From positions 294,810,001 through 294,874,000 of the forward strand of contig OZ024740.1 of assembly GCA_964016885.1 (NCBI GenBank): DNA of 64,000 bases, in the 5' to 3' direction. Shown here piece after piece: positions 1 through 12,332 of the stretch. Positions within the stretch are counted from its first letter, which is position 1. Every line of letters starts with the position of its first letter. A model generated the notes under the pieces. That model saw nothing but the letters and a program-made list of their open reading frames with translations, did no database searches and was not told where the DNA came from. Both the position numbers and the translations under genes were made by a program. This DNA is from Eledone cirrhosa (taxonomy: Eukaryota).

Positions 1-548
1 TTCCCCTGCATATTAACTCTCTAAAAAGGGAAATCATATCAAACCACAGTGCACCATTTGCCTCCTTCACGGAACCATGATTCAACTAAGCCCTCTTGCG
101 ATATTAACACATTTTGAACTGCTTAACTTCAATGACTGTGCTTCTAAATAACATTACTTTTTCTTCCACATTGACTTTTTACGTTCCATATTATGCACGT
201 TTTTTTCCTTTTTCTTTTTTCTTTTCACTTCTTAAACCTTGTTTGTATATAACATTATTCTTTCTGCACCTTCTGTTTAACATGTGCGACACCACACTAA
301 TACATTTCACTATCATTTGATAATGCATATAAATGCTGAAACCGGTAATAGACAATAATTAAATATATAAATAGATAAATAAATGCCATTGTTAAATAAT
401 AAATAAATCAACTAAGACCTTAACACTTCACACAAAGTAAAACATTTCGTTTTAATCATTTTCTAACCCAGAAAAGAGAGAAAGAGAGACAAAAAAAACG
501 AAAAAAAAATATTTTTCTTCCGCATAATCGTCTCTTTCTCCCTGTTTT

Positions 549-620
549 CATATATATATATATATATATATATATCCTAACTCGTGTGCCTCCTCTCCAC
601 ATTTTATTATTATTATTATT

Positions 621-661
<41 letters not shown>
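549..661. repeat. Compound microsatellite (TA)n / (ATT)n / (TA)n
   Basis: read directly. Confidence 0.95.
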
Positions 662-664
<3 letters not shown>

Positions 665-991
665 GCTTCGGGAAACCTCAGGAACCAAAATGCAGAAAGC
701 ATCCAGAGTGATCCGCCGATCTTTACGCATGTTTTCCTCGGAAGGAGACCTTACTTTTGGGATTGCCCTCTATATAATAACTGCGCGAAATTCGCACTTG
801 GCGGTAGCGTTCAACAGGAGCTCCATTGTCAACGGCTGCCAAGCCAAGATTGAGCATCCCAGCGAAGCGCGCGCATGCTTGTTTGGGAGTGAAGGAAGCA
901 CCAATCACAACAGTGTTGCCAACAGCCGTACGAACAGTTTCTCTGCGTCCCCATCGCTTTGGAGACCTTACTTTTGGGATTACCCTCGTAT
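575..991 (-). mobile_element. Deleted mariner remnant carrying two same-orientation copies of the TIR
   Basis: ggagaccttacttttgggatt(g/a)ccctc at about 745 and 961 (reverse complement TACGAGGGTAATCCCAAAAG, mariner-type end); minus peptide RKDRRITLDA...PEVSRST resembles the mariner HTH region; flanked by (TA)n. Confidence 0.6.
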
Positions 992-1404
992 ATATATATG
1001 AGTCAACTTTAATTATGTACTTATCTTACTTATCTAAGTACATTTAGTCCTTCAAAGACCAAATGTATATAGATAAGAGTGTGTCATGTCTAACGTGTTT
1101 CTGAAAGCTATGTATATGTTGGTACTATCCTGTTTTAAAGGAACTTTTAGCAAAACTATGATAAAATTTAGGATTTATTCACATTTCGTTTAAAAAGTAC
1201 GTTCGGTCTTTGATTTTCGGTCAAATTTGTGTTAGCAGCTTTTAAATGTGAAAATGACAGTCTTATTCTGGCTTGACATCGGTTTGAATAAACGCTCAGA
1301 ATTCTTGTCTGCACTCTGCAAGATTCTTGTTTTGTAATTATATTTTTTTCAAATGGATAAATACTCATAATCTTGTGACATAATAATAATTTTTTGAGAA
1401 TGAT

Positions 1405-1590
1405 TTAGGCACAAGGCCAACAATTTGTAGAGAGGGGAAAGTCGATTACTGATGATTTATTTATCGACCCCGTATGGATGAAAGGCAAAGCTAAATTTGA
1501 CAGGATTTGAACTCAAAACGTAAAGGACCGAACTCTAAGCCATAAAGCATATTGTCTGACGCTCTACCGATAATGCCAATCCACCACCCT
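1405..1590 (-). mobile_element. tRNA-headed SINE, family A (Meta/MESC-like central domain)
   Basis: reverse B-box ggatttgaactca plus cgaccccg...ggatgaaaggcaaag; related copies at about 8855, 24835, 27330, 36530, 49865, 51750 and 57905. Confidence 0.75.
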
Positions 1591-1608
1591 AATGCCGTGT
1601 ACTATAAT

Positions 1609-2590
1609 GTTTTCTTTATTAACCACAAGGGTTTACATAAAGTAGACATTAAGGACAGTACAGGACAATACAGGACAGTACAAATGGGCATTTCTGCGTG
1701 TAAAAAAAACAGAGGATGAAATAAAATAACAAAGAAAAATTCCCCAATAGGGGGGAGACTTCCGAGGGACATTTGTGGAGAAAGCCCATTAAAAGACCAC
1801 AGTGACCCTGACCACCAGGGCAAGTGCCCTCTCCCAGTTTTCCACCCTTAATTTACAGACACATACTCAGAGAAGGCCCATTCATTCGGGCCATACTTGC
1901 TTCTCTCACCCATCTTTCAACAAAATGCTGGGAGAGAGCACTTCCCTCTCTACCCTGATTTTCCTTTTCAAATGAAATTTGAAAAAGTTAATCAGGGCAT
2001 CACCGAAGAGGTAAGTGCTCGTCTTCAGCCCTTTCAAACATGTCCACCATACTATCTCTTTCGCCATGGCCACCAGACAGATAAAAACTGCCTGCCCTTC
2101 CCGGCTAAAGGAAGAGGGCGGGGCAATCCTCACGATGGACTCAGCTGATAGCTGGATCCGTCCTACACGTGACAGCAGGTGTTCGACATAAACCCACAAG
2201 TCAGCAATGCTCGGACACTGGACGAGTGCGTGCAGGACGGTTTCGTCGCCCTGCGCGCATCTCGGACATGCCCGGCTGATGACACCTCCATGCCTGTAGA
2301 GTTTATCCCGAACTGGCAAAGCTCCCCGGTAGCACTGCTAGGCCAGGGATTTCTGGAAGTTGTCCATAGGCCCCGGCCCGAAAGTCCTTCCGAAGAGATT
2401 GGCTAGTTGATTTTCGTCGACGCCTAGAGTTTCTCCAAGTACGTCGTCGCTCTTCCCCTCCACTAATCCCCTATAGAACGCCGAGGTGGAGTTTCCACCG
2501 ATCACATTGCCCGATTGGTCGAGGGCTGTGAGCGCCTGAAGACATTCCAGTCTCCAAGCGCTCCCTCTCGGTCTTCGCTTGACCCAGGAC
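1609..2590 (-). mobile_element. 5'-truncated Tx1/L1-clade LINE (C-terminal zf-RVT region)
   Basis: LPVRDKL...CPRC...ETVLHALVQC zinc motif; AATAAA near the 3' end; exact 16-bp TSD tgccgtgtactataat at 1593-1608 and 2591-2606. Confidence 0.9.
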
Positions 2591-2814
2591 TGCCGTGTAC
2601 TATAATAACAATAGAAATAATAGAATTTTCACGAGATGCAGCAATTATTATCTACTATTGCTGTGGGACTGATGGGTGGGTTGCTGGAAGAATAGGGGTC
2701 AGTGACATCACGAAAGCGGCTCGAGGTCAGTGACGTCACGTAAGCGGAAGAACGACCAGCATAGTCCTCTCTTCCCCTTGTCTATAGTCTGGTGTCAAAT
2801 TGTTGAAGTATTTA

Positions 2815-3500
2815 AGACTATTCAACAGAATTCGTAATATAATCGGCCTGTCTCTCCACAGCGCCGGCGGACAGAATAGAGAAGGCGTTAGCCTGGAGGA
2901 CGGCAAGGGAGACTCACTCAAAAAGCCACTCCAACTCGCGGGGCTCACACCTGCGGTTGACCAGCTCAGCACCTATGGTGGTGAGTAAGGAGGTAGCCCT
3001 GGGGCCGAGGACACCAGAAGTCTCCACTGCCAAGGGTACAACCGCAAACCTGTCGGAGAGCGACCGGTATTTGAAGAGTTTGGCCTCCTCAGCCCGACGT
3101 GCAGCAGAACCTGCAGACTGCACTAGGTTGCGGCTGCAGAAAGTGTCGGTGCAAGTGGCATGCCAGTCGAGGGGTTTGCCACCGTGGAACGGGAAGATGG
3201 TCGTGCCATCTGGCCTTTTGCCGTCCCCTCGGTCCAGCCCCACCGACTCAAACTGGGAAGGAAAGCCTGCAGCGCCCAAGCCATGCTTTATGACCTCGTT
3301 GAGGGCAGTATGGCATGGAAGGCGACCGGCACTGTGGCGACAGGAAAGCGGATGGAGGCCGAAAGAGTCCACGGTGGATCCACAGTGACATTGGTGTGGC
3401 TTGCAGATCCAGAGGCCGAGCCTCAAGGAAACGCCGATGTGCAGGCTATTGTTATCTAGCTGTGGAGAAAGAGGGCAGGGCATGGAGCCAGGCACCACTG
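2815..3500 (-). mobile_element. CRE-clade non-LTR retrotransposon 3' part (CCHC knuckle and restriction-like endonuclease)
   Basis: LRLG...CHC...H..SC...H, GDGKRPDG, AEEAK..KY, PLAVETSG.LG, then after a frameshift RVSLAVLQANA. Confidence 0.85.
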
Positions 3501-3874
3501 TGGGGTTTGGAGGCAAACGAAAACAGGCAAGCTGGGTCAAACGGAGGTGATTACCATGTGAACTTGGGTATGTCGATAGGTTTAAAAAAGAATAATAAAT
3601 AAATTAAATAGAAAAGTTAAAAAATAATAAAAACGAAGAATCAATCGTATTCACAAAGCGCTGAGCAAATTGTGAATGTTGTAACTAACAAAATCCCGCT
3701 TTGGAACGGCCATTTTACACCTTCCCACAGTGATTACAAGAAAGATATTTCTTCAGTGGATAGGACACCTTACGTAATCGATTGTAACAAAATTTTGTGA
3801 CAATTGTCGACAAAAATATAACAAAAATTAAAAACTCACCAGCAGCGAAAACAGCATGGTGTGATCCCGCTAGC

Positions 3875-4101
3875 TTAAGCCTTTAATGTTCAAACTGGCC
3901 AAAACCGGCCAGAATTCTCTACCTCTTTCTGTTGAAACTGGCTGTAACTGGTCGCTCAAACTGATGTTAAGGTATTGTTTTCAAAACAAATACTTTCAAA
4001 ATCTCATAGATTCAATATTATGTGAGATATTATGTGAGGTAAAGCCTTTACCATGAAAATACAATAGTATATATAGAGTAATATGAATGCTAAAGGGTTA
4101 A
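3875..4101 (+). mobile_element. piggyBac-type MITE (degenerate left end)
   Basis: ends aatgctaaaggg-TTAA; body similar to copies at 23467, 26892 and 57617. Confidence 0.8.
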
Positions 4102-5087
4102 TGTTAGCCGCTTCAATGTAGATTTTTTTACTATGAAAAATAATGGAATAAGTTTAACATATAAGCCTTTAGAAACAGAAATATTGGACTATCGATACTG
4201 TAAACAAAAAACAACTAAAAAACCTGCATTGAAGCAGCTTATATACTTTCAAATTTTTTAATATAAAAAGTTGACAAAAAAGGTTGCCAGGAAATAAAGA
4301 ATAATGAATAAAAGAAAAGAAAAGGTGAAAGGAAAAGCAAAAGCAAAAGATAAAATAAATAAAACAAAAGAAAATGAATCAACAAGAGAGAAATGAAAAG
4401 AAGAAGGAAGAGAATAAAGGTCAAATGGCATGTATCTATCGTTACATTATAACAAAAACATGTATTAAATATAGCGATGTTAGTGACTTTTAGTGACTTG
4501 AATAAATGTATATATTAAGAGGAGAAAAGTAAATTGGTATTAGTATCCAGAGAGGGGAAGTGGAAGTATGAATGAATAATACGAGGCTAAAAAAAAAAAG
4601 AAAAAAGAAGAGAAGAGAAGATAAATGACTGAAGTCAGTCCCTGCATTGACCTGCAGCTTCAGTCACCTCAGATATAAAGACTGGTGCTTGTGTAGATGT
4701 AATATAAACCCCATTAATCATTGAGTGTATTATTATGCTGTTTTGTTTATATCGTTGCACTCTTTCATTTTCAGTCAATCACTGCAGGCTTTGGTTCTCG
4801 GGTGGAGGGCTCCAGAAAATTCTGGGTGGACGCTCTTTCATAAAGAACATATTTCAGGACATTTAAAAAAAATAAATTCTATTTTATAAATCTGAGGATG
4901 CACCATTAAAAAGTTGGGGTTAATGTCATCCAGTGTCCTCCTTCCATGGCGACAGGGCCCGAATAACCGTGTTATGAATAAAGTTCAGTCAATGATTATT
5001 TGCTAATAAAAGTCAAATTATAGGTTTTACTTGCTTTGTGTAGTCTATTATCACTTCCTAGGATTCCAGAATGTCATCACTTATTTT

Positions 5088-5296
5088 AAATGAAACATAT
5101 GTAAAATCTTATTCAATGAATGTATCAGTATATGAAATACATGTTAAACCTTACTCAATGAATGTATCAATATATGAAATACATATTAAACCTTACTCAA
5201 TGAATGTGTCAATATATGAAATACATATTAAATCTTAATCAATGTGTCAATATATGAAATATATGTTAAACCTTAATCAATGAATGTATCAATATA
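5088..5296. repeat. Minisatellite, about 42-bp unit, about 5 copies
   Basis: tatgaaatacat(g/a)ttaaaccttactcaatgaatgt(a/g)tcaata repeated. Confidence 0.9.
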
Positions 5297-5389
5297 TTTT
5301 ATACAATGAATAAAACTATGCAGATATATACAGTACTAAATAAAGACAAAAAAAAAAAGGAATGGGGAGAAAGATACTCTCAATCACAC

Positions 5390-5500
5390 ACTGGAGCCTT
5401 CCTCTAATAATTGTTTACGGCAAGCCAACACACTTGTATTGCTGCAGGTGAAAGCAAGACTAAGGCGCTGAAATAACCAAGGACCCTCACAAGCAAGCTG
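5390..5500 (-). mobile_element. Short CRE-like 3' fragment
   Basis: minus frame EGPWLFQRLSLAFTCSNTSVLA, matching the RLE C-terminal WLxQRLS motif. Confidence 0.6.
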
Positions 5501-5984
5501 CCAACAATGACAAATATATGTTGTATCTGGATTTTCTATGATAAGACATAACTTCCTCTTGATAGCTTTGTTTATCCAGGTCTTATGGATGTTTTATCTT
5601 CCGTTTTATTAATCCTTGTGACACTTCATGTTTCCATAGGCTCCTGTTAACTGTGATTGCTTCCCAATGTTAACCACTTTCACACCATAACCTGTACACC
5701 TCTATGTGTTGCATGTGTGGGCAATTTTTGCCTTCTGATCCAATAAACGATGTACAGGAAATTACATAATAGTAAAGTTCACAGTTTTCCTCAAAACAAA
5801 TATGCTGACATTATAGATAGCTTGAAATATTCAAACACAAATGCCATAGCTGTCAAAAATCAATACATACATATATCTCATTTATATTATTACATGAATA
5901 TTTCACATGAAAATATAGAATCAAAATGAAAGAAAATATTAAGATAATGCTAAGTGTGTCAATGAGTCATGCACCACAAGGAGT

Positions 5985-6125
5985 GCTGGAGCCTCCTTCT
6001 AAAACTTTTTGAAGAAAGCCAACACAGTGGAAGCTTTACTTTGGGCGATAATGAGACTAAGGCGCTGGAGCAGCCAAGCACCTTCATGGGCATCACCTGA
6101 TACCTTGGTATGGCAAGTTTCCAAA
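5985..6125 (-). mobile_element. Short CRE-like 3' fragment
   Basis: minus frame SGDAHEGAWLLQRLSLIIAQSKASTVLA; shares agactaaggcgctg, aagccaacac and ctggagcc with 5390-5500. Confidence 0.6.
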
Positions 6126-6675
6126 GATAACAAACATTTCATTGTCACTGGCCTATGTTATCTGACCTTGACAAACAAGAAACATCTATACCATTATAAA
6201 CCAGTTCTTAATAAATTTTGCTTGCAACGGAAGGAGCAAAGTGAATTCTTAGTAAACATATTTGGAATGTTTTATTAAACTTTTACAGATTAAGATCAGC
6301 TCAATAATTACAGCGATCAGGGCCTATAAGAGAGAGGGGTGGGGAATTCAGCCAGTATGCTGGGTCAGGAGCTCAGAGAGCCAAGGAGGATCTTGTGAAT
6401 ATCTGAGCCTATACTTCCCTTCAAAACTATAAAAAAGAAAAATGAAAATAAAATGAACTTCCCAGTCCCCAGAATGTTGTTAGCTCTACCCCCAGTTCCC
6501 GAAAGCTGTCTTGTTCCACACTGCAAGAATTTTTGCAGCAGGCTCTGTCACTAATGTTGATACTTCTATAAAATACATGGTAAATTGTGGTATTAATTTT
6601 TTCATTACCCTATTTCTGCCTATGATTTTCAAATAATTTTGGAAATAATCAAGAATTTGGAAGGATTTAGTAATA

Positions 6676-7901
6676 TACGAGGGTGGGGTGAAAGGTTCAT
6701 AGGCTCACTATGAAGGAGTGATACTGGAGCTGTGAAATCTTGCATGGATTAATTTCAACTCTCTTATTAATAACTGAATTCTTTCCAGGTAAACTGACAT
6801 CTGACTGTCCAAAAAAAACTTCAAATGTAACTAGTAGTGACAAAATGGACAAAATTTGGCATCATGGTATTAAGTACCTACAGAAAAAGGGTTTAGCTCC
6901 CAAGGACATTTCTGCTGGCATGGTTGCTACATTAAGGGATGATACTTCAGCTTTATCAACAGTACAAAAGTGGGCAGCTGAATTTAGGAGGCAAAGAAGA
7001 ATCATGAAGATGACTGAAGGTCTGGATGTCCTGTAACTGCCACCACCAAAGAAAACATTCATCGTATTCACCACATGGTGATGGATGACAGGTGATTGAC
7101 TATCAATCAAATAGCCAATGCTATTAGCATATCCCATGAGGAGTTAAGAATATTCTGCACAATGAACTTGGCATGATGAAAGTTCTGCTCAGGTGTACCA
7201 TATCTTCTGACATCTGATGAAAAGCACACCAGGGGAAAATCTGACACTGTTTGAGGCAGATCCAGCTGGTTTCCTTGAATGTTACCTAACCCAGGATGCA
7301 TGTTGGTTTCAGCACTTTGAGTCAGAGACAAAGAGAAAATACATGCAGTGGAAACACCCATCCTAACCTGCTCCCAAAAAAGTTAAGATCATTTCATCTG
7401 CAGAGGTGATGGCCTCAGTTTTTTAGGATGCAAAAGACATTGTGTTTATTGACTATCTTCAAAAGGGCCACCATCAATGGAGAATACTATGCCAAGTTGC
7501 TGAGGCAGTTATGAAGGTTATCAAGGAAAACTGATGAAAGGGATCTTGTTTCATCAGGACAATGCTCCAGCACACAAGTCCTTGTCTTCAATGGCTGCTG
7601 TGCGTGAATGTGGCTTTAAACTGGTTGATCCCCCTCCCTATTCTCTTGATTTGGCTCCATCTGAGTATCATCTGTTCCCCAACATAGAAAACACTTGGCT
7701 TGGAACCAGTATCGCAGTGATGATGATGACTTATTTTACCAACAGGATGAAAGCTTCTTCACCAATGGCATCCAAGCATTACAACACTAATTGAAGAAGT
7801 TTGTGGACCGTAAGAGGTGCTATGTCGAAAAATAAATCTCATTTAGTCACATTCTATGAGAGTATCTTGTTCAGCCTATGAACTTTCAACCAACCACTGT
7901 A
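6676..7901 (+). mobile_element. Full-length degenerate mariner transposon (pseudogenised transposase)
   Basis: TIRs TAcgagggtggggtgaaaggttcataggct and agcctatgaactttcaaccaaccactgTA; peptides IKYLQKKG...STVQKWAAEF, FHQDNAPAH, YSLDLAPSEYHLF; multiple stops and frameshifts. Confidence 0.92.
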
Positions 7902-9246
7902 ACTAGTTATCTCATTATTAAATTGATGTTTAGAACATAATTTATCAAAAGTTCTTCTATAAAATTACACCAAATTGAAGATAGTGAGTTTAATTTTTAC
8001 ACCTACTTCCCTTCTGATTTATTTCTTTATTTATATTCAGTGATGTTGTAAATAATCAAAAACAATCTGACTCTCCAAAAAGAACCAGAGCAAAGACTGT
8101 GTTTATTTACAACAGTTTCAATTGGAAGTCTGTCCTTCAGTTTAGATACAACAACAACAAGGAACTACCAATCACCCCTGAGGTGATTAGTCATATAATT
8201 ATGTAATTATAATTTAACACCTGACTAAAATAATAAAGATGACCTAATAAAATATTTGTGAATTTTTTGGTTTTATGCTTTTATTTTGTTTTTACTGGTC
8301 TTTGTCATTAGACTGCAGCCATGCTGGGGGCATTGCATTGATTTAGTAGATCATATCGGCTCCAGTATTTATTTTATAGATTTTTTTAATTTTTGTTGAA
8401 CCCTTCAGTAATGGGACATAGATACAGACACACCCACACTCACACAAAAGCCTACCCAGAACTATGTGGTTGCAAAATGAACATCTTAACCATACTGCCA
8501 TTTCTGCACCTATATGTATTTTTCTTTATTCTTCATCTATATTTGGCAGTGAACTGATACAAGACATGACAATGAGCATAGCCATTCAACTTATCACTAC
8601 AGTTATCTTTACCCTCATGGTGCTGATAAAAAATATTTGCCAACTTACCAGTGACACTAGTAAAGTCTATTGCCACCAGTTATCAGATAGTAAATGCCTT
8701 ATGTTGTATTTTATTTTGTTTTCAAGTTGCTTTTTAGTTCAAGGTCAGCCCTAGTTAAGTAGAGCTATAATTAAAAGCATTACAATAATGACCATCCTGC
8801 CTTTTATCCAAACACTCTAGAGCTAAGATTACATTATCTAAGGGAAAAGGATTTGATAGAATTAGTAGTGTTGGATAAAATACTATTGCAGTATTTGTTC
8901 TGAGTTCAAATCCTGCCATGGTCAACTTTGCTTTTCATCCTTCTGGGGGCGATAAAATAAAGTACCATTCAAGTACTGGGGTTGATTCAAATTCTCCCAA
9001 ATTTGCTGACCTTGTGTCTAAATTAGAAATCAATATTACATTATTCAATGATATCAGTTTGTTTAAGATTTAAGGGAAAATTAGTTGCTATTTCTAGCAG
9101 GTCAAGAGACTATGCAATGTCTCCCCTGGTTGGTTGCTGGATAGCCCTGGGTCTTTTCTGATCGAGTAACACATGGCACTCAGGTATTTAAACCGACCAT
9201 AATTCTCCCACTGCTTTCTGTTCAAACTGGTCATAACCGGATTAGC

Positions 9247-9390
9247 ATTGGTGCTATTGTCCATGGTCCCTGACATACATCATATAGATGACCAATGGTG
9301 CTATTGTCAATGGTCCCTGACACTCAGTATCATATAGATGACCATTAGTGCTATTGTCTATGGTCCCTGACATACAGCATACAGATTATA
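9247..9390. repeat. Tandem repeat, about 46-50-bp unit, 3 copies
   Basis: gtgctattgtc.atggtccctgaca...cat.tagat repeated. Confidence 0.85.
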
Positions 9391-10629
9391 AACTGGAACC
9401 ATGGCTAAATGAAGGCCTTTTGAAATCCTAAGTATTTAAAAGAAAATGGTGCCCCCCCCCCCCTATATGTCTGCAAAAAAGAAAATAGGGGATGGGCAAA
9501 TAAATACATTTAATTTGAATAAAATGGTCCTTCTCTTCCATTGATTCCATAAACATGGATCTGATGGATAAATGAACAGTAAGATTATGTAATTAGAGGT
9601 GCAGAAATGGGATGGAGATGTGAAAAGAGGGGTTAATAAGGGTGTTAAAGTTGTATTTAAATACCAAGCCCCTAAACAATAAAATAGACTCAGTACAGTG
9701 AGGTTGTTAATGTGACTGAAGAGTACTATGCTTTTACATAGTTAGCTATTTCTAGAAGTTATAAGAACATTCATCAACATTCAACATCCCCTTTCCATGT
9801 TAGCATGGGTTAGATAGGTTGTTTCAGTCAAAGTAAGTTTTTGTTCAAAGTTACTGACCTCCTAAATAAGTGGGGGGATTGCATCTTGCTCATATATTCC
9901 ATTTTTGGTATGGTTTTCTAGAGCTGGATGTCCTTTCTAATGCTAAACCCTTTAAAGAGTGCATTGGGTGCATTTTACCATGGCAACAGCAGAAAAGAGG
10001 TTGTCAGGTCCTCAACAAGATTCCTCTCTTCCCCAAGTTGTCTCTATTTGATCACTGAGCACTTTACAGAGTGTACAGGGTGTATTTTATTGTGGCACCA
10101 GTGTGGTTGTTATGCCCTTGATATGATTAAAGAGTCCTCCTTACCCTATGTTGATATTGTTCGAATGTAACACGTGTATTTTATAGTGGCATCAACACTA
10201 AAGAGGCTGTCTTGTTCCAAGGTAAATTTAATCAAGATTGGAAATAGGAGAGTGGTGGTTAAGGGGAATAGAATGTGGTGTGTGTGACTGAGGTATGTGG
10301 GGGTGCTAGATGGTTGGTTGTTGGTAGGAGGTTGGATAGGCAATAACAGTAGAAGTGTAAAGAGAGGAGAGAAAGGGATGGGTAACAGTGAATAAATATG
10401 AGCCATGAGGGAAGAGAGAATGATGGAAAAGTTCAGGGAATTACTACCTCTGTTGACAACGAAAAGTTTCTCTACATCAGAGATTCTGAAACCTTTTGGG
10501 CCACTGCCCCCCTCACAGCCACGTAATATCCTCAGCCTCAGCCCAACATTCTATTTCCAGAGAGACCTGCCTACACACAAATTGTAAATATTATATAATA
10601 ATTAAAATCGTAAAAAATAAATAATATAT

Positions 10630-10850
10630 ATCAACAGTCGATTGGCAAGATCCCAGACCTCATTTGCTTAACAAGTGGGGTGGAGCTCATCAAATCGGAC
10701 CGAGGAAACAATGTTTCCATTGGTCTTTCCAATTGCTAATACTATCTGTTGGTCGCAAATCCAGACAGAAGGAGCAACGTGAAATAAAGTATCTTGCTGA
10801 AGGACATAATGCATCACCAGGTCTGAGAATTGAAATCCCAACCTCATGAT
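10630..10850 (-). mobile_element. SINE variant with CORE-like head and a distinct body
   Basis: similar to 22980-23190 (catcaaatcgg..cgaggaaa...ggagcaa.gt.aaataaagt.tcttgct.aaggaca). Confidence 0.6.
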
Positions 10851-11399
10851 TGGGGGGGGGTTGCGCCTCCTTAATGAACCTCTGCCCTAGATGAACAAAA
10901 GGGTGGCTGTATACCTGCATGTGAAGTACAACGCTACATGGTAGTGAAGCATGAGCAGTGAATGCAAAGAATGGAGAGTAATGAAGTGAGCAATCTTTGA
11001 TGGATGTACAGTGCTAAAGTTTGTGAACAACAAAGCATGGAAGAACTGAAAGGAAAACTGGGTATAAGAGGAGTCAGATGTAGTGTGTAAGAGAGAAGAG
11101 TGTGTTGGTAAGTGAAAGATAGCTGCAGTAGAAGTGGTAAGAGCTGATCTCAAATTGCCGAAGCTCATAAAGATAATGAAGGAACTCAATGAATGGAGGC
11201 ATGCTGAGCTGGAAAAAGACTCATTCAACCCATGTAAAAGCAGATGTATGATGACAGTGATTTATTTGAACTGACCTGGCAGCATTAACGGTGCTTAAAT
11301 ATTTATAACAATTACAAAGTATGAATAATTATTAAGTTTTGTGCTCAACAAATACTAATTAAAATAGAGAAAAGAAATGGCAAAATTATATAAATTTAA

Positions 11400-12332
11400 A
11401 TACACATTTTATTTTAGACAGATAATACAATTATCAGTGTGTTGATAGAATTTAAATAAACAAAAAAAAAAAAATAATTTTTTTTAAAAATTTCTCTTTC
11501 ATTTGGTCAAGAACAAAGCCATAAAAATCAATTCTGATACAATGTTTACAAAAATTCATATTTGGCATTTTTTCCCTTCCAAGATATATATATCTAACAT
11601 TTACAAAATTGACATCAAGAAGAGGCAGTCAAATTTGCTAGCAATGAATTTTTAGAACCCTGAAAAACATGATTTGTTTTTCACCCAAGGTGCTTAACGG
11701 TATTTCTCTCTTCCAACCCTAGACTTTGACCCTTAGAGATACAAATCTATTTCAAAGAATTGTATGTAATAGAGGAGCAGATGAACAAGGACTTGTTGGA
11801 TGTTTCTTAACTAGATACAGGCTGTAGTTGAATCTGAATCAGACAGACCTTATTTATTTCTGTCTCACGGGTGCACATACATGCATATATATGCATCCAA
11901 ATGCACATAACATCATTAATTCTTTCTAAGTTTAACAAATCTTGGAACATTAAACAGATAAAAACAAACAAATACAGACATAATACATCGATAAACATGT
12001 ATAAAAGACAAAGACATGAACTAAATACAAAGATAAAATACATCTAATCTTTCTTCTTCTTTAGTTTTAATTTTCTTTCCATTTATGAAATAAATCAGAT
12101 CTCAAAATGGTACATTTTACTCCCCAGGGTACACCATCTCATGTCACTAATGTAGCAGTATAAGAGGGACATTGTAATATTAGTCCAAGCTCCTACAAGT
12201 GAGACAGAGACAGAAAGAGCTAGAAGTAGAAAGAAATAAACTGCTGGTTTGCCAGTCAAGGAAAATATATTCCATAACTGCAGAAAATTGCAACTAATCT
12301 TCCCAATATATTTGGAAATAAAGGTTACACCT
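11400..12332 (-). other. Probable TADA3 3' UTR
   Basis: Repeat-free AT-rich sequence after the stop codon, with a minus-strand AATAAA (tttatt on +) near 11408; the end is not certain. Confidence 0.5.

Noticed and set aside
2957-3602. Several overlapping plus-strand ORFs
   Set aside because: By-products of the GC-rich CRE fragment on the opposite strand
6319-6547. Possible DNA transposon (cagggcc...ggctctg)
   Set aside because: Inverted ends are short and imperfect, with no TSD
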